A stretch of DNA of 64,000 nucleotides from Schizochytrium sp. TIO01 (lineage: Eukaryota > Protista > Bigyra: Labyrinthulomycetes). Below are positions 56,677 to 64,000 of this stretch, one piece after another (the first letter of the stretch is position 1; every line of letters starts with the position of its first letter). The notes beneath the pieces were generated by a model. That model saw only the letters and a program-made list of their open reading frames with translations. It was not told the DNA's origin and did not search any database. The position numbers were made by a program, and so were the translations under genes. The DNA is taken from positions 3,095,648-3,159,647 of the forward strand of contig SMSO01000014.1 of the NCBI GenBank assembly GCA_004764695.1. The letters run 5' to 3'.

Positions 56677-57381
56677 TTCTAAAAATAAATCTTTTGTTTC
56701 CTAATCTTTAACAAGATATAACTCACGATGTTTCTTTCTTGGTTTAAAAGTATATTTCTCTGTATATGATTTTATAACTAACAGGTACACGGCAGTAAGG
56801 GTTCAAATCAAAACCTGGTCCTCTTCCATTCATGTGTGAAACCTGTCTGCAAAAGGTAATTCATGGAAACTGAAGAGCAATAAAGAACTAAGCTTGCAAA
56901 ATATCAGCATACACTATTATGGTTGTTGTTTTCCACGAGTGTCTCGAAGTGCGAATTGCGATTTTATTCCAGTATTGCGCACGAAATAACTAGGAGTCAA
57001 TCAGGGCGTTACGTTCGATTGGATAAATTAAGAAAAAGAAAGTCATGAAAACGAAGAGTTTCACATTGCAAAATGGTATGTTTACACAAGACAAGCTTCA
57101 TGAAAGAATCGAAAAGTTATCCAAAGGTATGCATCAAGAACAAACGGGTGTACCTTCTCTAAGGAACATTTAATCCATCCAAACTATATCTAGGAGCATG
57201 GATGCTAAGATCAAGTTGAAAACGAAAAGAGAAGGAAGGATCAAAGCAACAAACTACGCAGTGAGTGCAATGAAACCATTGAATATAATCGCTGCCGCCA
57301 GCTTCAAAGAAAAGAAAAGGCAGCACGGATATGGAAAGACATCCTGAGTTTGGTCCAGGCAAGAGCTTGCGGAACAAATTT

Positions 57382-58116
57382 TCACCACCTCCTTGAGCCT
57401 CCGCGGTAGTCACCAGCTCTTGATGACCCGGGGGCGGGAGCGCTTCTACTTGAAATACCGCCTCCCAGAAGCTTTGGCTTCCAGTCTTTGACAGTTCTTC
57501 CACGTTCGATGTCTATGACAACCCTCTTGCCGTTGAGCATCTTCGATGCATCCTTGAGCGCACTCATAAAATCCTCCTCCCTCGCAAACTCCACAAAGGC
57601 ATAGTTCATCTTGCTAACAATTATGATCTTGTTGATCTCTCCAAACTTGTCAAAATGTTCCCGAATCTGATCCTCTGTTGTCTTGCGCTTCAAGTTTGCT
57701 ATAAAGAGCGTATTGTACGCGTCACCAGTCTTGCGATCCGCCTCCGCATTGGGGTCCCATGTAGCTGCACGCTTCCGTGCAAGACTGTCATGATCCGCAC
57801 GTTTTGAAGATCTAATCTCCGCAACACGTCTTCGTTTTTGAGCCCGCGCCTCCTCGCGTAAGATGTCGGCCGATCGAATGACTGTGGCTTTATGAGGAGG
57901 AGGGTTTCTGCGGTCGTACTGCTCAAATCTGTTCAGGAAATGTGCAACACCCGAAAGAGGGTGCGACTCCAAAACATTGGCATCCGGCATAGGCAAGGGT
58001 TCTGTCGGTGTCTTTAAGGGCTTCTCTTGAAACATTGCGTAAACGTGCTGCGGAAGATGCATTGTGGGCGGGCCGGAGGCACCCTTGGCCACATTGCGGC
58101 GGCTGTACCCTCGCAT
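57382..58116 (-). CDS. SNRNP70: U1 snRNP 70K-like protein (N-terminal domain + RRM, very short C-tail)
   Basis: HLPQHVYAMFQEKP, WDPNAEADRKTGDAYNTLFIANL, EHFDKFGEI, YAFVEF, KRVVIDIERGRTVKDWKPKLLGGG. Confidence 0.88.
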   Translation of the reverse strand: MRGYSRRNVAKGASGPPTMHLPQHVYAMFQEKPLKTPTEPLPMPDANVLESHPLSGVAHFLNRFEQYDRRNPPPHKATVIRSADILREEARAQKRRRVAEIRSSKRADHDSLARKRAATWDPNAEADRKTGDAYNTLFIANLKRKTTEDQIREHFDKFGEINKIIIVSKMNYAFVEFAREEDFMSALKDASKMLNGKRVVIDIERGRTVKDWKPKLLGGGISSRSAPAPGSSRAGDYRGGSRRW

Positions 58117-59024
58117 GATGATACACTCACGGAGGAAAGGAACACCCGACGTCGCAAGTAGCCTCTGCAAGTGCGCTCAAGGCACTATAGTTTGACAGGA
58201 GAACGCCTGCCTCGTAAAGCAACTATGCTTCGTGTTGGGGCGCGCGCGGCTGCAAGCGGTTTGCTCCTCTCTCCCTTTTGCTTCGTTTGATTTGTTGACA
58301 GAGATTGATTGTTCGGGGAAATACATAGGATCGGCAAAACAACTTTCTATTCTGAATTTACCGATTATGTTGAGGGCTTAGAGACAAGGTTGAGCTAATT
58401 CCTCAGATCAGGATCCGGAATTGGTATTCGTCTACTAATAGATGATGTTTGGTGCTTGATTGGGGAGAGGAGAAGACTGAAAGGTAATGAATGTAACACT
58501 ATTCCGTGGATAGTGTTTCAAGAAGACAAGCATCCCTACAGATGTGTAATGCGTTATCGCGAGTCCTTTAAAATAATCAACGAGGAAGAACTAAGAGAAG
58601 GCTACCCTACTGCTCTTCGTTACAATCGTCTTGATCGTCATAGGCATCGGAGCCATCATAAAGGCAACTTAAAGATTTAATTTCGAGTAAACTGATCGGG
58701 GAAAACTAAGACTTGGAATACTAACAGAGTTTAGAGAACAGCACTATGATCTCGAATTCCAGAAACAAATGTAAGAAAGCAGAAGCTATGAAACGATTCA
58801 AACAATTGGGGATGGTTGGAAACAAGACTATCTTAAATATTTTGATAAAGATATGTTTATACCATGTCGAACTCGATGAGCAAGCTATTAAAATAGATAT
58901 ATAATTATAAAGTCGGAGAGTGAGGATACTCTCGAGGACCTGGGCTAGTAAAGGAAATAAATGGCAATAAAGAGGGTTAAAGAAAAGTTGTTGCTGTTGA
59001 AAGAAGGACGTGTGGTGAACTTGT

Positions 59025-60758
59025 TTATACAACAGGAGGAGGAGCGGTGTGCTTGAAGCGCTCAAATCCAATGGTGGTGTCCGGGGAGCGGAAAGAGTAA
59101 ATCTGCGCCGTCTGTTTGAGATTGCGCTTGATGAACTGACCAATAGTACCAAAACCCTTCTCTTCGTTTCCACCAGCCTGGTATGCAAAAACCTTACGTA
59201 GATCCTCAAGATTAAGTCCCTTGGTTTCCGGTTGGAAGAGCGTTACAACGGGGAAGCAAATAACAACGTTGAGCACAACCAGAATGAAGCAAGTAATTTG
59301 CAGGTTTGTAGCACTGTACATACGAAGATAACCAATGTCGCCGAGGACAATGTTGGTCAGAAAGTTCATGGAAACGCAAAAGGCCATGCCAACACCACGG
59401 ACGCGAAGGGAGAAGGACTCAGCAGGTACAACCCAAGCAAGAGGACCCCATGTAGTGGCGAAAACAGCCTGGAAGACATAGATCATAACGAGGGAAAAAA
59501 TCTGTACAGCGTGCGTCTTGTGGTCAGCATCAGTGGTATTTACGTTAATGTCACTGCCCTGAATCACAGCAGCAATTAGCAAGAATGCCAAAATGGTGAA
59601 TGTGGTGCCCCAGACAGTTAGGAACTTGCGTCCGAGACGGTCAACAACATTAACAGCAACGATAGTGAAGGCAACGTTGATAGCCTTGAGAATGGTGTCG
59701 TAGGTAAAAGCATCAAAGTCAAGGGAGCTAAAGAGCGTAGTGGCATAGCTCATAAGCCAGTTGACACCAGTAACATTCTGAGAAAAGGCGACACCAGAGG
59801 CGCAAATAAGAGACACAAGGTTATCACCCTGAAAGAGCTCCCAAATGCTACCTTCACCAGCGGCTTCTTCGAGAGCAACCTCTTCCTTGATTTGCTGCAT
59901 CTCAAAGCTAACGACCTTGTCCTCTTCGGGAGTACCCTTAGCAAGATGACGCAGAGCAGACTCAGCCTCATCATACTTCTTCGCCTGAACGAGATAGCGG
60001 GGGCTCTCAGGAAAAACGAAAAGCATAAGAATAATGGTGAAGATGCAGGGAATGATCTGCAAACCGATACCAAGACGCCATCCCCAGAGAGGCTCCATAA
60101 AGTTGTTAAAGATAGCCATGATGAAGATACCGATGGTTACACTAAGTTGGAAGAGAGTAATGGCCTTGCCACGCCAATCTGAGGGAGCAAGCTCAGCAGT
60201 GTAAACAGGAGCCATGGTAAGCATGAATCCGAGTCCCACACCACCAAAAGCACGTCCAATAATCAAAGACTTCCAGGCAAAGTCAGTGTTGATGAGACCG
60301 GACAGAGCCTGCCACAAAGATCCGAGCATGAAGATCACAGCAGCAATAACAATGACGGGTTTGCGGCCGATGCGGTCAGAAATAAATCCAGCAAAGGGAG
60401 CGCCAACAAGACAGCCACAGTGGAAAACATAGGTAAACTGAGAGATTTGTGCGGTAGTTTCATCTGAATCTTTCTCACCACTTGCAAGCACTGGGATTCC
60501 CATATCGATGCGAAAACCTTCCAAAGAAGTACTGGCAGCCGTACCAACATCGAGTCCAAAAATAAGGCCACCAAGAATGGCCACCAGAAGAATCATGACC
60601 GTGAATGCATTGAGTTGACGCGTTGGGGCATTTTCAACAGCGTCAGCAGGACCAGCAGAGTCATTAAGAACATTGCTCTTTAGCTGACCAGAGTCAGCAA
60701 GGCTGATCTCGTTGTTGGGATTGTCGTAAGGTAAGTTGTTTGAGCCCTGATCCAACAT
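59025..60758 (-). CDS. MFS sugar porter (hexose/polyol transporter)
   Basis: LGGLIFGLDVG, SDRIGRK, GRAFGGVG...APVYTAELAP..WRG, WGWRL, FPESPRYL, VDRLGRK, WGPLAWVVPAESFSLRVRG, QPETKGLNLE. Confidence 0.96.
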   Translation of the reverse strand: MLDQGSNNLPYDNPNNEISLADSGQLKSNVLNDSAGPADAVENAPTRQLNAFTVMILLVAILGGLIFGLDVGTAASTSLEGFRIDMGIPVLASGEKDSDETTAQISQFTYVFHCGCLVGAPFAGFISDRIGRKPVIVIAAVIFMLGSLWQALSGLINTDFAWKSLIIGRAFGGVGLGFMLTMAPVYTAELAPSDWRGKAITLFQLSVTIGIFIMAIFNNFMEPLWGWRLGIGLQIIPCIFTIILMLFVFPESPRYLVQAKKYDEAESALRHLAKGTPEEDKVVSFEMQQIKEEVALEEAAGEGSIWELFQGDNLVSLICASGVAFSQNVTGVNWLMSYATTLFSSLDFDAFTYDTILKAINVAFTIVAVNVVDRLGRKFLTVWGTTFTILAFLLIAAVIQGSDINVNTTDADHKTHAVQIFSLVMIYVFQAVFATTWGPLAWVVPAESFSLRVRGVGMAFCVSMNFLTNIVLGDIGYLRMYSATNLQITCFILVVLNVVICFPVVTLFQPETKGLNLEDLRKVFAYQAGGNEEKGFGTIGQFIKRNLKQTAQIYSFRSPDTTIGFERFKHTAPPPVV

Positions 60759-63700
60759 GTTGACTGCGATTTGAAGTCCTTTATATATATACTAATACAG
60801 GAGATAGTGAACGACCTTTCAGCCGTGTTTGGGAATTGCTGTCGTCACTCGAGGCGAACGTAGTTCGGGTTTTGCTTCCCTTGAAAAGCTACCTTGAAGT
60901 ATATTAGTCTATTGCTTGATAGGAAGAACATCTACTTGAGCTAAGCCCATGCTAACTAGGAGCATATTCTGAATGGTCACGGCCTAACAAGGTAGGAAGA
61001 CCGAAGAAGCTTTTGCTTCGAGTCCCTGTACGAGAAAAGACATATGTTCAGCGTCTCCACCAGGATGGTATTTTTATAAAATAAGTGAAGCTCTTTTCAT
61101 TTCTCCATTCTACCTTTCGAATCGGAAGAAAACCCGACTAAATAAAATAAGTTTTTAATTTAAAACAAAAGACAACGAGTATGAGTAATCGGACGTGCAA
61201 TTGTCAAAGGGGCAGAATCATAGTTGGATCAAGGCAGCGCAGTGCTATTGCAGAGGAAGCTGAAGGTGAATGTTCGTCTGTAGACATCAAGTGCAGAGGT
61301 ACCCCGTCTTACAGAGCGCGTCCGCCAAAGAACTATTTTTGTTCTTCATTGCGTCAAATGTCATTTCTTCTGAAAAATAATATTTATCAATTCTTCTTTT
61401 AAACATTTTTTAAATAAAATATAGACATTATATTTATAAACACAAATTATGGTGATGCCTTTGTTCGTGTAGAAGATAATGTCAACCTTCCAGGATAGGT
61501 GCATCAAGGCGAGCAACTGCAGCGCAAACAATTGCGCGGAGAGATCCTCTGAAGTCTCAGCACTCTAGTAGCCCGATGTCGTTGTGCGGCCAAAATGCGG
61601 GGAGTTGTTGGGGCTTTCAAGAGCGAGGTCTGGGGAAAACATGCTACTGGCCTTAGCGTTTTCCATAAGTAGATGCACCCATGTGTTGGCTTGGATTGTC
61701 TTCAAGAGATCGGTTTGAAGCACATCCTAGATCTGAGCACATGATAGCAGCAGCCAGAATTCTTCTGCGCAAATTCCACTCGCCGCCCGTGCTCACCCGC
61801 TCATTCCGCGCTATTCCCGAACTGAGTCTGGAGTGTCACCGTCCGCGTCGAGCTTAGCACAAATGCAGAATGACTTAGCCAGGAAGCCTTGATGACCTAA
61901 AGGTGCTAGGTACATGGTTTACTACGCTTCGCTTTGGTGGCTCATTTTATTGATGGTAATTTCCACAGACTCGTTGGAGAAACACTACACTCTGCGTGGT
62001 TCTTATGCTTTCCGCTTTCTGTTTGTTCGAAAACGACATCCATCAGATATTCAATCTACAAGCAAGAAGACGTCTCTGTCAGAGACCAACCAGATGATGG
62101 GTCGACGGTCTATTTGGTCAAGTTCTTCAAGTTTCTTCTCAATTTCTTTCTTTTAATTGATTACTTCTATGTTCGGCGATGCCCTGAGTCAGACCGAACC
62201 AGCTTAACCGGATTTCGGAAATGATTCAGCAGTGCGTGAACTCTCACCTTCGAGTGAGCTAAGGGAACTACCAAGAAGTCATCATCAATGATCCATAGTT
62301 TACCCAGGTATTTTTTTTTTTTTTAATTCTTTCATTTGATATTACTTTGAAATTAAAAAAGTAAGAAGGTCAAAGAGCAAGGAGTTAGGAGTGGCGCTAC
62401 TTTACTCCGAGGTTTGCAATTGACGCACGGGTTGAGAAGAAGGTGTTTGCTGGGCAATCAAAGTGATGTTTTTGAACTAGAGACTCTCTTCTTGCAAGTA
62501 GCAGAAAAAATGTCTTCTTGGCTTAGCAAGGTTAAAAGGGTTGCGAGACTTGCTGGCTTTGTGCAGAAAGCTGACTTGACATCGAATTGCTGCTAGTCTT
62601 CCTCTTTGGCTTATTGCTCCAGTGATCTCGCAAGTCGATATTGCAAAAGCGAGCTGGGGCATTCAAGTGCTGGTTGGAAGGATTCGGGTCGGGTCTTTGT
62701 AGTTCTTTTTTCCTAAGTTTCCGCTCCATCCGAATTGCATTCGGCAGCAAATGTCAAGATGTGAAATCTTGCAAGGAAAGGACGATATCCGGACCCTCGA
62801 AGCATATATTATCTGTTGCGTATTGAAGGAAAGTTATCCAAAAGATATTATTCATAAGGGTGTATTGCAAATTATACTATATATTTTTATCACCTGCACG
62901 CACAAAAGCACTGAACAAAGAGAACAAACAAAGATTGGCCGTCGTCTACCACTATACATGATTGCACGATCGCACACACTAAGGAATAAAGCAGATTAGC
63001 TGATGTCATCATTAGAAATTTGATGATGTCTAGTACCTGTTGAAAAGGTTTGGTCCATCATGATGCAGAAGAGCATAATTAAACCTCTTTTTCTTGAGTC
63101 TTGGCCCTAGGAACAAAGGCTTCGTGAGTGGCATACATTGTAATTATTTGGATCAACTGCTATATTGAAGCTCTCGAGCGTTATAGTGTCACACCTGCAA
63201 GTGTTCTTAAGCTTCAAAGTCACTGTGCGGAGGCAGCAGCTTATATTTTTAACTAATATATGGTGAAAATTTTGTCAAGGTTATTAATATAATACATTCT
63301 GCATCCTGCCGAGTTGCAAAACAATCATTAAAAACAAGAGGACACGATTTCCTCATGACGAGTTTTATCCTCTTTACTATTATAATCAAACTAGACGAAT
63401 TTGGGTTTTACCGTGCCTTCATTAGCTTTTTGGAAGTCCAACAAATCGAGCGAGTGAGTGAGCTACTAAAAATGCGTGAAAAATGAATTCTGTACGGCAA
63501 CTTTGCCCGGTGGTGGGTGTTTTTCTCTATCTTTGTCACATCTACAGACGGTAACTACAATCACCATGGTTTCCCTCAAGCCCTTAGGTTGTATTTGCGA
63601 TTGTTCACATGTACCTTTCTACTGATGCAATATCATCAATTTGTCTTCTGCACAGGCAAGCTTTGCTTAGCTTGAAGCTTCGAAGAGTTGACTGTCGCAG

Positions 63701-64000
63701 GAGCGACTCAAGCAAGCACAGTTAAACCTCATGAGCATTCTTGCAACAGGGCTAGAAGTCTTCCTAGATGACACGCTGCTGGCAGAAGCGACTTATTCAG
63801 ACAAACAGATTTTTCAGACTTTAGTTAGTTTTTTAAGTTGGTTGGCCTTGAGTAAATTCATGTGGCTGGCACTTTCTCTAATCTTTGCTTTTTAAAATAA
63901 AAAAGTAAAAGTAAAAGTAAAAAAAGTATAGCCAGACTTTTGCTGCAGATCAAGCAACTTTCCAATTGTTTTTCTAGTATCCAGGGTTTTAAGTTCACGA

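Overview
Eukaryotic, intron-poor protist genomic DNA. Gene content and style suggest a stramenopile, most likely a labyrinthulomycete/thraustochytrid; this is inference only. The window holds about 17 protein genes separated by long intergenic tracts with AT-rich islands and microsatellites: a partial 5'-truncated gene, R2R3-MYB factor, JmjC hydroxylase, secreted ADAM/reprolysin-like metalloprotease, double-PqiA/LetA-like membrane protein, N-BAR+SH3 protein split by an apparent +1 frameshift, an ECTFxP-repeat protein, stand-alone formiminoTHF cyclodeaminase (with a 12-nt microexon) head-to-head with an opine/octopine dehydrogenase, bZIP factor, TRAPP Bet3, class I cyclic-nucleotide PDE, CCCH-Abitram overlapping an ERdj3-like DnaJ tail-to-tail, a CPI-motif (CapZIP-like) protein, a short U1-70K and an MFS sugar porter. 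A decayed RLE-type non-LTR retroelement remnant is likely at about 5.2-6.3 kb. I recognised no tRNA, rRNA or CRISPR array by eye. Most notable: the eukaryotic PqiA/LetA-like protein with lysosomal-type sorting signals, a near-constant 47-50 nt branch-point-to-3' splice-site spacing, the microexon encoding a conserved motif, the opine dehydrogenase, and the BAR/SH3 frameshift. All family calls come from motif recognition, not from database searches.
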